64,000 nt of DNA from Mytilus trossulus (lineage: Eukaryota). Positions 25,972-38,900 of this stretch are shown piece by piece (positions within the stretch are counted from its first letter, which is position 1; the number at the start of each line of letters is the position of its first letter). The translations under genes were made by a program, and so were the position numbers. The DNA is taken from positions 6,820,001 to 6,884,000 of the forward strand of contig NC_086373.1 of NCBI RefSeq assembly GCF_036588685.1. The letters run 5' to 3'. A model generated the notes under the pieces. It was not told the DNA's origin. It saw only the letters and a list, made by a program, of their open reading frames with translations, and did not search any database.

Positions 25972-26669
25972 AGAATAATTTTTGTTAACAGGGCTAACAG
26001 GTACTTAGACAAAAGTAAAGGACAAACATGAATCAGGGCGAATGGACCTGTATTCAGTCATCGCTGAAAAGAGTTACATGTATTTTTGGTGAAATCGTTT
26101 AGGAGGATCTGAAAGCGAGCTTCAGAGGCAGGTGAACCTGAAACGAGGTGACAATTAAAGCATGTTTGACTGTACAGTATACGACGGTCTGGTAAATAAT
26201 TTGGTAATTGTATTATCATTTGCAGACATGCAGATGACAGGATTTTAATGTTTTTGCTACTTTTAAAAATATAAGATAAAAAATTTCGACCATCACTATT
26301 TCCACTTAGTGTAAGCATGTTTATACCGTAATTTAAAAAATCGGCGTTAATGCATTTTCGAGTAAAATTGAAGAAACTGGTTAACTTATTTGCTGTCAGC
26401 ATCATCTGACGTCACCAATCGATTTATAGTGAAATTCTAACAAGGAAATCGAATTTCGCGTTAATTATCATCGAAATCCGGATAATTGATATTAAAATGC
26501 ATAGAATCAATATTTCCCCAAAAAAATTGTAAAAATACATTATTCATATATTATAACGAGAAAATATTAAAAATAAATATGAAGATAGCATTGCTTTTGT
26601 ATTTTTAAGAACAATTGCAAAAGTAAAATGCGTAAAATATTTCGTTGTTTCCCCGTTAATATTTTTAAG

Positions 26670-26840
26670 ATCTATATTTACTTTTCCATATCCGACTTCC
26701 GGTCTCTTTACAAAATTTGCAGTAAAAACAAATCAAATGTTTAGATTCTGTAAATGAAGTCTGTGTTTGTCAATATTAGACAAAAATGATTGTTGTTAGT
26801 AAAACAGCCATACACGGATTATTAAATTTTGTAAGCATCA
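26670..26840. promoter_or_regulatory. Putative bidirectional promoter of LMBRD2 (-) and CRCP (+) with non-coding first exons
   Basis: ETS-type ACTTCCGG at ~26695-26702; candidate minus-strand donor GTAAAT at ~26681 pairing with the LMBRD2 acceptor at 24759; candidate plus-strand donor GTAAGC at 26831 pairing with the acceptor at ~28648. CpG-enriched relative to flanks. Confidence 0.5.
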
Positions 26841-27146
26841 TTTTTTATTTATCAAACATCCTTTAAATATATAAATGAATTGCAATGTACCTAAACGTGT
26901 TGCAACTCGATTTTTTAGATTAATTTTACAAAATTCATTTAGTTGTTCAGATTTATACACATGTCAGGCTTATAATGTGATTCAAACACATTTCTTCAAG
27001 AGTTTGAGTTCTGTATATGAGCAATTATCTTCTTTATCAGTTTAGTTTTCACTTCGATTTAATTGATTTATATCTGTCATTTCGCTCCTTTTATACATGT
27101 AGGTGACTAGTAGGTATTTGTATTTACAAAAATGTATAAGGAAGTA

Positions 27147-27218
27147 CTTCTTTAGCTCAGTCAGTTTACGCACTGCCTAGTTACACAGAGGACCCAGTTT
27201 CGAGTCCAGGTGGAGACG
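27147..27218 (+). pseudogene. Degenerate tRNA-like sequence (tRNA pseudogene or SINE head)
   Basis: TAGCTCAGTCAG (A-box-like) ... GGACCCAGTTTCGAGTCC (B-box/T-arm-like); stems are imperfect. Confidence 0.4.
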
Positions 27219-27254
27219 AGCAATTTTCTAATGAAATTCATGCTCTCAGGTTAC

Positions 27255-27413
27255 AATACACCTTATCACTAATCCCGTCTGACCTGGCCGCTTGAACACA
27301 TACAATAATCACTTTTCCATTGTGGCATCAGATATTTTGTATAATGATGTCAAAATTTTAATGGAACCTATGTGATATCCAGTAATGGCGAACAAATAGC
27401 GATAAGGTGTATT
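27255..27413. mobile_element. AATACACC-type MITE (family B)
   Basis: AATACACCTTATCACTA ... TAGCGATAAGGTGTATT inverted repeats; inserted into the left TSD of the adjacent hAT element. Confidence 0.82.
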
Positions 27414-28368
27414 AGTGTTGTCAACGGTTAACGTTTGAATGACCGAATACCAAAAATGGTAACTGGTTCAGACTTTTTTTCAATTTTTATAGATTTGATA
27501 TAAATTAATATTGAAATTATTAAATAGTTGTTTTCTTTTAACATGTTTAACATGTTTAAAATTGTCTTCGTTTTAATGAATTTGTCAAATCAATTGTCCA
27601 GTATATTGATTTCCATTGTTAATCCAAAAATATTAAATTAATTAGAACTTGCCTCTCTGCTCAGGGCAAGATCTTAAGGAAACATAACTAGTGTACATGT
27701 TTTTTTAACAGTTACTTCAAATCAGTAATATGATTAAATTTTACCATTTACTTCCTTATTTTATTTTTGTTCTTATACATTGTACATGTATTGTGTAGAC
27801 CTTTATCTGAATGTGCAATCTCCGTCGTGCAAGGCTTTGTCAAACTTTAAATGAAATGCTAACTGAAATATTGTGCAATTGCTAACCAATGTGAATGTAA
27901 TCAATGTATACTTGATAGTACGAGTAACAGGCTTAATAATTTCAAATTGAAACACTCCACATTATTTTCTGAGACAACAAGAGAAAATGAAAGATTCATC
28001 GGTTTCAGATAATTCTGTGAGATCAAGAATGTTTTTTTTTGTTTTTAAATCTTAAGTTAATACAAACATTTTAGTTGATATGGTGTATTTGACTATTAAG
28101 AGTCAAACTTCAACAGGAATCTCCACATACAAGCCTTATAATACCAAAGGACAAACTTCAATTCATCTATTGTAAAAATGTAAATGTATGACTTGGATGG
28201 AAGGTTTTCACATTGACACTCATACCACATCTTCTTATATCTATGTGTAGGGTACTATACTAGATAATGCCTTCAAACATCAATAAAAAAATACTGGTTA
28301 ACCAGTTAATAGGTCGAATCATTATCCTAGTAACGGGTTAGGCAAAAGTCAACGATTTGACAACACTA
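27413..28368. mobile_element. hAT-type non-autonomous element, 8 bp TSD
   Basis: Perfect 12 bp TIR TAGTGTTGTCAA / TTGACAACACTA; TSD GTTACAAT at 28369-28376 and at 27250-27257 (the left copy is separated from the element by the family B MITE). Confidence 0.8.
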
Positions 28369-28770
28369 GTTACAATACAATACATTTTAGATTGACTTCT
28401 GTCATAAATTATGATAAACAAACAATCAAAGATGAAGAGTCAGTTGGGAAGTTCAAAATGACCATAATCGTGATGGTAGGAATTTAGGATTAGCACTTTT
28501 ATTTTTCTATATTGTAATTAGAACTTTCATGTGACTTTGTAAACATATTATTTTTCTAAATTTTAAGTTATTAGCTGTGATTGTGTTGCTTGTCTAATAG
28601 GTATATGTTATAGTTGCTGGTAGATTTATTTTGTATTTTTATTTTCAGTTGCTAGCTTTGATTGTGTTGCTTGCCTGGGTATATGTTATAGCTGCTGGTA
28701 GATTTATATCCATCAAGACATTAGAAAAGCAGTTCCCAACCTCATAGATTATAAATCATACTATAGTAAA

Positions 28771-29205
28771 ATGGAGGTGAAAAATGACAACTCTGCCATA
28801 CTAAGTAATTATGAAGTTCTACAACTCCTGTCTGACATTCACACTGGAAGAGGACAAATCAAACCTAACAAGCACCAGAAAAACCTTGCAACTATTACCT
28901 ATGAAACTGTTAAATATCTAGAAAATACACCTTGCAAAAATCAAAGTCCAGAACTTATTCAAAACATCATGACAGATTTGCAAGCATTTAATTTAACAAA
29001 AGCAGAAAAACTACAAATTTTGAATCAGTGCCCAACATCAGCTGTTGAAATTCAGTTGATTATAGAAGAAAGTGAAGAACGTTTAACAGAAGACCAGATT
29101 TATCAGCTGTTGGAAATCATAACAAAATATAACGTAACAAAAGAAGCATCTAACGCTGGAGATGAAGAGATGGAAGACGAGGACGATTCTGTGGAACAAA
29201 CTTAA
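28771..29205 (+). CDS. CRCP: DNA-directed RNA polymerase III subunit RPC9 / CGRP receptor component protein (144 aa)
   Basis: Uninterrupted ORF MEVKNDNSAILSNYEVLQLL...NLATITYETVKYL...LTKAEKLQILNQCPTSAVEIQLIIEESEERLTEDQIYQLL with an acidic tail; matches CRCP/RPC17 family motifs. Acceptor attttcag at ~28648 upstream of the ATG; ATTAAA at ~29234. Confidence 0.96.
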   Translation: MEVKNDNSAILSNYEVLQLLSDIHTGRGQIKPNKHQKNLATITYETVKYLENTPCKNQSPELIQNIMTDLQAFNLTKAEKLQILNQCPTSAVEIQLIIEESEERLTEDQIYQLLEIITKYNVTKEASNAGDEEMEDEDDSVEQT

Positions 29206-29739
29206 CTCATTTACATTTATATCATGCCTGTAAATTAAATTTCTACATACTTGTACATGTATTTATATATAAAGAAAATTAGATACTATTTATTATATTT
29301 CTTTGTAATGAACACAGATCTCTTTAAGGATAACTAAGTTACATATTGTTAGTGGTTTATAAATCTTTTAAGGTTGTTGTTTCCCTGTTTTAATATTGAT
29401 GGCAGATCTAAAGGCTCTATAGGGTGTATGCCTTATTAATGAAATCAATACAAGACTTTTTGTTTGTTAATTTTTCCATTTCATATTACGGATCTTGTAT
29501 TGCTTTTTGTTGCCTAAACTGTCTGTGTATCAATAACAGTTTTCAAAATAACTAAAAGTTTGAGAACTATGAGCATGAGAAGGCAATAATTAGTTTCAGT
29601 AGCTCTTCATTTTTGTAGGTCTTGTTTATTCCTGATTGATTTTTGTTTGCTATTTTCAGATTTTGTCTATCTATTTGTCTGTTATAGTGTTTAAAGACAA
29701 TTCTAAGAAATTTAAAAAAAATCTTATGCAAGTTTAAAA

Positions 29740-30010
29740 AAAGAAGATGTGGTATAATTGCCAATGAAATAACTCTCCACAAGATACCAAAATGACAAAG
29801 AAATTAACAACTATAGGTCACTGTACGGCCTTCAACAATGAACTAAGCCCATACTGCATAGTCAGCTATAAAAGGCTCTAAAATGACATTGTAAGACAAT
29901 TCAAACAAGAAAACTAACAACCTTATTTATTTACAAAAAATAAATGAAAAACAAAGATGTGAAACATAAACAAACAACAACCACTGGATTACAGGCTCCT
30001 GACTTGGGAC
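29740..30010. mobile_element. Nin-domain-like SINE
   Basis: aaaagaagatgtggtataattgccaatgaaataactctccacaag...ctataggtcactgtacggccttcaacaatga...gtcagctataaaaggc...caggctcctgacttgggac. Further copies or fragments at ~18620, 22655, 28185, 30195, 51170, 58395, 63890. Family name is from recall. Confidence 0.75.
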
Positions 30011-30584
30011 CGTGTCCATTATTGCCCCAACTGTTCAGGGTTGGACTTCTGTGGTCGTATCCAGCTGTGCTCAGCAAAGCAATTTATTGTGGATTGATGT
30101 TAACTTGTATTTTCTTGGATATCTAAATATGTGGATCTGCTAAAGTCTGCACACATGACTAAGAAAATGGTTACTTCATTGAACATTTAAATAGATATAG
30201 GAAGATGTGGTGTGAGTGCAAATAACAATTTATAAAAGTAAACCATTACATGGTATACCTTTTCCGAAAAAGCCACAAAAGTTGATATCCCACAATCAAT
30301 TATGAATCTACTACATGTTTATATTATAGACAAATATGTACATCTTTTATTGATGATTGACTTTGCTATATCTTCTGTTGACCAGTATCTATGATAGTTT
30401 TCCTGATGGGAGGCATATGCTCATCCTGATCTGCATGTCAAATATCAATCTTCAATCGTTATGGTAAAACAAATTTCCTTAATTCAACTTCAACAGTAAC
30501 ATGAAGCTTACAGAGATTGGTAGAAGTACACCTACAAACCATCTTATGTCAACTTTGCATGGAGTTAAATATTAGACAGTATAT

Positions 30585-31612
30585 AACAAGAGTGCACACA
30601 CTGAAATGCCTGCCTTCTTTACTAATCATTGATATTATGTTGATAGACCTAAATATAAAGCTTTATTACAACTGTCACATAAACTCAACATTAACCAAGA
30701 AAACGAAACATTGATCAATGAACCATGAAAATGAGGTCAAGGTCAGATGAACCATGCCAGGCAGACATGTGCAGCTAAAAATTCTTCAATACAACAAATA
30801 TAGTTGACTTATTGCTTATAAATTAAGAAAAACAGAACAAAACACTTAACACTTAGCAATGGACCATGAAAATGAGGTCAAGGTCAAATAAAACCTGTGT
30901 AACAGACATATTGATTATAAAATATTTCCTTACACCAAATAGTTGATCTAATGCATAAAGAATTAGAAAAATAGACCAAAACTCAAAAACTTAACTTTTG
31001 ACCACTAAACCATGAAAATGAGGTCAAGGTCATGGTCAGATGACACATGTCAGCTAGACATGTACACCTTACAATCATTCCATACACCAAATATATTAGT
31101 AGACCTATTGTATATAGTATAAGAAAAAATAGACCAAAACACAAAGACTTAACTATAACCACTGAACCATGAAAATGAGGTCAAGGTCAGATGACACCTG
31201 TCAGTTGGACATGTACACCTTACAGACCTTCCATACACCGAATATACTAGACCTATTGCTTAAAGTATCTGAGATATGGACTTGACCACCAAAACTTAAC
31301 CTTGTTCACCGATCCAGGAAATGAGGTTGAGGTCAAGTGAAAACTGTCGGACAGACATGAGGACCTTGCAAGGTACACACATACCAAATATAGTTATCCA
31401 ATTAGTTATAATAAGAGAGAATTTAAAATTACAAAAAATCTTAACTTTTTTTTCAAGTAGTCACTGAACCATGAAAATGAGGTCAAGGACATTGGACATG
31501 ACTGACGGAAAGTTCGTAACATGAGGCATCTATATACAAAGTAAGATGCATCCAGGTCTTTCACCTTCTAAAATATAAACCTTTTAACAAGTTAGCTTAT
31601 GCCGCCGCCGCG
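30585..31612. mobile_element. Helentron/pearl-like element with ~145-155 bp degenerate tandem array (3' truncated)
   Basis: AACAAGAGTGCACAC start; CATGAAAATGAGGTCAAGG recurs about 6 times (~30724, 30866, 31011, 31168, 31315, 31470); ends in (GCC)n. Confidence 0.75.
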
Positions 31613-31760
31613 TCCTGAATAGACTTGTTAGTAATATTAACCAGCTTATACTGTTTCTAGTTACATTGTAATGCTAGATGTTCTACAAGAACCAAAATAA
31701 ATTTGCACCTACTTTACACAATTGATGTGTGAATTTTGGTTCTCTTTTATAGGGTTGCTG

Positions 31761-32045
31761 CACAGGCACTTGTCTCAGAAAAAAAAAATCCTATATACCT
31801 TATTATTCTTCAGCGGTTTGCAAAATTATAACGATTCCGACAATAAATGTAGGCATGTTATACACCATTGTAAAGATAAATCAATTTAGATTTACGATAA
31901 AACAAGCTTTAGTGGGATTAACAACCTATAAAGCGGCATATAACGGAACTTCGTCACCACCCAACATTTTTCTAAAATGCAAGTTAAGTACCTTGTGTTA
32001 TAATAAGGTATATAGGATTTTTTTTTTCTGAGACAAGTGCCTGTG
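31761..32045. mobile_element. Internally deleted copy of foldback family C (CACAGG ends, 8 bp TSD)
   Basis: CACAGGCACTTGTCTCAGAAAAA ... TTTTTCTGAGACAAGTGCCTGTG; TSD GGTTGCTG on both sides; sequence matches the arms of 54751-55618. Confidence 0.92.
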
Positions 32046-32340
32046 GGTTGCTGTCTAATAAATATATTTATACTTTTTGTAAGATGAAGGTTTAATAAGC
32101 TGTCGTGTTGTTGTCTCTTTGGCCCATTCCCCATTTCCATTCTCAATGTTATGTATATGACAATGGATAAGGTATCCTAGACATTCTATTAAAATAGATT
32201 TCCGAAGTGGTGCTAATGTATTTTGATAATTATTTCTGGTTAAAGACTGATTTAGTTTAGCAACATTTTTATCTTCAAGGAAATTGATAATAATATGTTT
32301 TTGTCATTTTGTACAGTTCAGAATAAATTCAATAAAACCC

Positions 32341-32650
32341 AACAAGAATGTGTCCATAGTAAGTGGATGGTGAAATAGGGGTCAAAACTTTAATTTGGAA
32401 TTTAAATTTGAAAGATCAAATCAAGAGGAACATGTGTATAATATTAGGTTTCAAATTGATTTGACTTTACTTCATCAAAAAAGTACCTTGACCAAAAACT
32501 TTAACATGAAGCGAGACAAACATATTTTCTATGTTTAGTGGACCGTGAAATTGGGGTCAAAGTTCTAATACTAATAACTTAAACCTGATGCTGGACAGAC
32601 GAACAGATGCAGATCGAAGAAACAAAATGCCCCTAGGTGTGGCATAAAAA
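32341..32650. mobile_element. Degraded copy of the Helentron-like family seen at 60695-61152 (opposite orientation)
   Basis: aacaagaatgtgtccatagt... and ...ggaccgtgaaattggggtcaaa...gacagacgaacaga...atgcccct...ggcataaaaa are reverse complements of the 60.7-61.1 kb element. Confidence 0.7.
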
Positions 32651-32946
32651 GTAACAAATCTCTGATCACCCATTTTATAAATACATTGTGAAATGAGATG
32701 TGGGATAGACACTTCGACCAGACAGCAACCCAATAATACAAGAGCACAAGATATATATGAATGTCAAAATACACTGTTATCAATACAAAATATCAAGCTG
32801 CAAAATTTTAATATATAAAGGAGAATTGTATCATGTCATATATATGATTCAAAAATAATTTGTATATCTTTTAATAACATACTTTAATTGATCACTCATA
32901 CTTCAATAATTTTAAATTTTAAATACAATCTAGTCTATGTCAATAA

Positions 32947-35900
32947 TTAACTGACAACCTGAGAGTTAAAACTAGTTTTTCCTCCTAGAAGTACATTCCT
33001 TTCTTTGAATCCTTGGTTGGCAAAATCATTGTGTTCTCTCACTGGTACCTCACGTCCCTGAAAAAGATACATGCTGATAAATATACATGTATCAGAAAGG
33101 ATTTTTCCACAATTTGATTGAAAAACACTCAGGTCATACAGATGATTAGAATGAAAAAATAGTCTGAATCGAAAGTTTCCTAATACATTATAGTATAAAA
33201 TATTGAATTGGTACCATCGAAAAAAATTGAATATTAACTTTTGCGCGAAAAAAATTCGGACTCAGAACCCCCCTTTTTTTTTAAAGTAAAGTGGTTGCTC
33301 TTTTAAGAAAGTCATTTTGGATGATTTGCAGTAGTTTAAAGATGTCTCGACTTTTTAAAAATGTAGGCTGCATCAGCGTGCTTATAGACAAAAAAAAAGA
33401 ATTGCGATGTTAAGGATCACTACATTTCTATCTTTTCTGTTTGTTTCAAATGGTATTGTTTCTACAAGTGAAGTTGGGTTTTTTTGGCATAAGGAGAGGG
33501 TAATATTTTTTTTACTTCTAATTGTATTTTAACAGATCTGAGATTCTACACAAACAAACAATTAACCTCACCCTTTTTCAGTAATGCATTAATGAGTGAG
33601 TCGTTGTTTGAGTAAAGACCAGTGGCAAATATTTCTGTCAGTGTGTATGTCCAGTCGATTCAATACCACCTTTTCTAAGGAATTACGTGTTCGGCAATGA
33701 TGATGGATGAGTTTTGATAAGGGGTTAATAAGGCTGCGTAAAGTGTTTTTAAAACAAATAAATATATCAAGTTTAGACAAATATTTCTGTAAAAAACTTA
33801 ATTAATAAGTGTTATAAGTATCAACTTATATAAAAATTGTTTTTATTGACATATAAATGGAAAAATTACAGTTCGGAATGTCTAGTTTTGTGTACACTGA
33901 ACCTACACAAGGCCTACATCAACTATAGACTGCATGTAGACAAAACATGATTTAAATTACATGTAAACATTGAGTTTTATCAATGGGAACGTAATTATTT
34001 TAGTTTATGTGTGAGTTACACTAACACAACACCGAGTTTAGGTCAATGTGAACACGGCCTAAGTCATTGAGAAACACAAAATAAGTACTGTATAGTATGG
34101 GAACTGTACTTACATATAACTGTCTTGGTTTACTGCTATATACATGCCATCCACGAAGAGATTCCCAATTCTACAAATACAATGTATTAACACACTAAAT
34201 AATATTTTATCCTTTTTTACAAGGTTTTCAAGCTATTGTCAAAAGAATGATTGTACATTATCTGCAGATACCATTTTCATTTCTGGGTTTCCTAATATTT
34301 TATACTATCCTATGACAGGACTTTTTGTGTATACACTGATTGCTCCTAATATTTTATACTATCCTACGACTCTTTGTGATTGATTGTGATTTTTTATGTT
34401 TTAACGTCACTTTTAAGCACTGCATTTAGGCTATTTCGTGGTCAGTTTTTATTGGTGGAGATAGCCAGAGTGCCAGGAGAAAAACATTGACCCTCTATAG
34501 GAAAATATGACAATCCTAGTCAACTTAGATTAGAGTCAAGTGCACCCTCATGAGTGGGATTCAAACTCACAACCTCAGTGTTGACTGGATAGTGATTACA
34601 GTAGTCACTACTTAGACTACTTGGGCCCCCTGACTTATTGTGTATACACTGATTACTTCCTCTTATTTCATACAGTCCTAGGGTATGAATTTTTATGTAT
34701 ATACTAATTACTTATGAAATTTTCTACACACTGATTACTTCCAAGTAATTTTTACTATACTATGACATGTATGATAGGACTTTTGTGTATACACTGATTA
34801 TTTACTAATAGTTTATACTGTCCTATATATGGTGTGACTTTGTGTATATGCTGATTACTTGCTAGTATTTTATACTGTCCAATGGTATTACTTTTTTGGA
34901 ATAAACTTTTTACATTGTACATTTACTTCTGTAATATTCTATACCATATATACTGTCTTATGAAAGGACTTTTTGTGTATACTGATTGTTACCTAGTATT
35001 TCATACTATCCTATAACAAGATTTATTTTGTATACACATTATTTCCTAGTATTTTATATACAATCATACAATAAGAGCCTTGTTTTGTATGCAATTACCC
35101 TATATCTTTTCTTCTCCAATTAAATTATCATGCATACAACATTGTGAACTAGATGAAAGTTTGTTACAGTATATAAAAGTATAATTTATATTTATACTTA
35201 CATGTTCTGAATATTTGGCGTAATAGAATACACCCAAAATAACAGCTGAAACCTTGAGAACATTTGGGACAATACCTCTCAGACCTGTGGCATTAGCCTG
35301 ACCCTGCAAAGAATAAATAAAATATTATGCCTATCACATTTCAAACTTAAGAATATAACTGTTTTTGTACATGTTTTGAATAGATATGACTATTACACAG
35401 CTGTAGCATTGTGTTTTTTATAACAGGATATTCTTGAAGGATTTCTTTCCTAGCCTGTAGCAATGGTCCAAAGACACCTTAAATTAATCCACTCTTGAGT
35501 CCAAAAGCTTTGGAGGAAATTGATCAACGATATTTTTACATGTTTTTAATATATATCAATTTGCTAAATAAATCCTTTATATTTGTTGTTAATAATTTCA
35601 GGTTGCTATTTTTTTTAACACCTACAGACATCATCTAAATCATCCATTAAGAAAATGTCTTTTAAAAGCAAACCTTATTACTTTTGTGTCTATACCCAAA
35701 GGCACAGAGTCACAGACCCATGTACATGTTTGTCACTTGTATGTATGTGTTTGAAAAAGATCTGTTAATAATTGAATGTAAGTGTCCTTTCTCTCAAATA
35801 ATAGTCTATTGTCAAATCTGTTATTGATCTATAGAGATCCATCCATATGAATTGCGTAGAAGGGAAATAACTTTTATTATCAGTGAAGAGCTAGCAGAAA

Positions 35901-38900
35901 GAGAAAAGTAAAATGAGTATAATTTGCAAGTTTTTCATATCTTTTGTTGTGAATGCTACAGATTTAAGATATCAAGTAAAGTTAAACCTCAATAATATAT
36001 TGCCGTATTGGTTATTCAAATGTACTATGTTCAACCTATGATGATTTTAGTGGGCAGCAGTCCATTTGGGACATAATTAGAAAGTCTCCAGTTGACAAAT
36101 GGAAACAGCTTATGTTGAAATTGATTAATAACAGAAATAAATCCGTTATATTGACTATAGATTATTGTTAAATTTATTTGGATCTTTACTTAAACCAATG
36201 TATAATTGTACCATTAAAATTTGAAATAAACTAATAATTTTTAAAGAAAATAATAGAAGATGAGAGGCGAGCAAATTGTAAAGACACAATATTCTGACAC
36301 ATGTACATGTAAGACTGATATTTTATTAATGATTGATAGCAACCATGTGGATAACACATATTGAAAATTTTGAATATACATGTATGTATTGGGGTTTACA
36401 TTTTGTACAGTTAGTTCACTTTACTAGATATGAAGTTAAAAAATTCTTTTCTCTCAATCATTTGTCAATGTTCAATGATGTGGTATTTGTCACATTTAAT
36501 TTATATATGTAATTCAATTTCTTTCTCATTTTTTCAACCTTTACAACAAATTCTATTTTCTTTAAAACTTTTTAATATCTTCTAGTCTTGTCTTAATATC
36601 TTATAATTTTTGCCAAAATTGACTTGTTTTGTCCATATGCCTTCAAGTCTACACGATATCCCCATATTATCCATAATTTCCGTATATATTTCACGGTTTA
36701 TACCCGATCTGATGGCATTTTATTAGAAAAACGGATGTGGTTACGCGTAGCCTAGAAGGGCAATTTGACTATTCGTACAGGCAGATACTGCCAAATAAAT
36801 ATTTACAGGAATTAGACAATCTAGGTCAGTTAAAAGAGTTAATGTTATGTCCTTGTTTATAATACTGTGAAAGCACTTTAATTCGTGGGTATCAATTTTC
36901 GTGGTTTGAGCTATATGTACATGTTCGTGGGTTTTTAAATTCGTGGATTTTAGTTTTCTATTAAAAATAAAATTGAAAATTTAAAGCATTTAGAAACGAA
37001 GGTCTCAAATATTCTGTAATGAAGGAAATTGCAACGTAAACATTGACCCTTGTAAATCGTAGTGATAACACTTATTAACCCATGATAAAGTGATCAACAG
37101 ATTAAAGACCATCAAAGGTGTTAATTAGGCCATACACATGTCACCTAAAGAAAACAGTAATATAAACAAGTGCTATAAATGTATCTTGAATTGTCAAACC
37201 ATTCTTATCAAAATCAAGCCCAGCATGAAATTATTATTTTCCATATGCACGAGAACAATGAGGATATAAAATGAACACTTTATCATAATAGCATATCAAT
37301 ACCAGAAATCTGACTTTCATCGATCCAAAATATATTTTATGAGAATTAAAAGATCAAAAGTTGTACAGTTCATGTTATTAAAGATAAAATGAGTATAATC
37401 CTGTATGCGGTTGTAGTTCCTTAACTGTTATTAAAGTATTCTCAGATTTGGCGTTATTAATATATTCTCTAGATCATATCAGAAGTTAAACCTACCGATG
37501 GGGATCTTTCCATGTCTTGATTTGGACAATGGTTGTTTTATTTCCTTGGACACTTAAGTTCGTGGATAAGGTCATCCACGAAAACCACGAAAATTGGTAC
37601 CCAACGAATAAAAGTACTTTCACAGTACTACATGTCATGCATGTGTGTCAGCTTTAAATAACAATTATTAAATTAACCTCATTACTTGTTTATTATTATG
37701 ATCTATTATCAAATAGCGCTAACAACAGTGTATGAAACCTCTACTCGCCAACTTGCCAAATGTGAATACGAGAAATACATATATGTAGCAAGGGACTTTC
37801 TGTCTTTAAATTGGATTTCCTCTAATTTCAGGTATTTTTAAAACCCATATTTTTAGTACTAAATTAAATTGCATATGATTTAAAAAGGGTATCGGGATTG
37901 TTCGCCCTGATGACATGTCATTTCCATGTTGGCCCTAGGTTCGTTCGCACTGAGTTTGTTCGCCCTGGGTTTGTTCGCCCTATATTCATTTATGATATGT
38001 GCATGTATATGTTACATTAATAAACGAAATATATATATATATATATTGAAATTTATGTACATGTGTATCTATTAAATGTTAAATACAGAATATTTGCCAA
38101 ATATATATCAAGGATTTGTATAGTGACTATACAAATCCTTGTTTATATTAATTAAGGAGGCTCGCGGGTATAAGATTTTCAGAAAAAAAATAAACATTAA
38201 TTTTTCAATACAAATTTTATTCATAACCTTTAGTAGTTGTTACTTTATCATTGGGTACAAAAATCGTTCCAAAAAATTAATTTGTGTTGACCCCAGGTGA
38301 CTTTTAAAATGTAGATATCATTAAAAAAAGCTCCAAATTATCTCCCTTTGGTGCAAAAATGCCATTTTTTGGCATTAAAATTAAAATATCTTTTCTAACT
38401 TATCGGTGACCTATATTTTTTATTGTTGTTTTCAAATAAGCTGTACATATGCCTTCAAGTCTACACGATATCCCCATATTATCCATAATTTCCGTATATA
38501 TTTCACGGTTTATACCCGATCTGATGGCATTTTATTAGAAAAACGGATGTGGTTACGCGTAGCCTAGAAGGGCAATTTGACTATTCGTACAGGCAGATAC
38601 TGCCAAATAAATATTTACAGGAATTAGACAATCTAGGTCAGTTAAAAGAGTTAATGTTATGTCCTTGTTTATAATACTGTGAAAGCACTTTAATTCGTGG
38701 GTATCAATTTTCGTGGTTTGAGCTATATGTACATGTTCGTGGGTTTTTAAATTCGTGGATTTTAGTTTTCTATTAAAAATAAAATTGAAAATTTAAAGCA
38801 TTTAGAAACGAAGGTCTCAAATATTCTGTAATGAAGGAAATTGCAACGTAAACATTGACCCTTGTAAATCGTAGTGATAACACTTATTAACCCATGATAA

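Noticed and set aside
26058-26405. 115 aa minus-strand ORF upstream of LMBRD2
   Set aside because: No similarity to any family I recognise; it lies in the probable 5' UTR intron, and the LMBRD2 N-terminus is already complete at 24736.
27147-27218. Functional tRNA gene
   Set aside because: Acceptor, D and anticodon stems do not pair properly; listed as a tRNA-like relic only.
33910-34062. Possible Harbinger-type MITE (GGCC ends)
   Set aside because: Inverted repeats are too short and degenerate to support a call.
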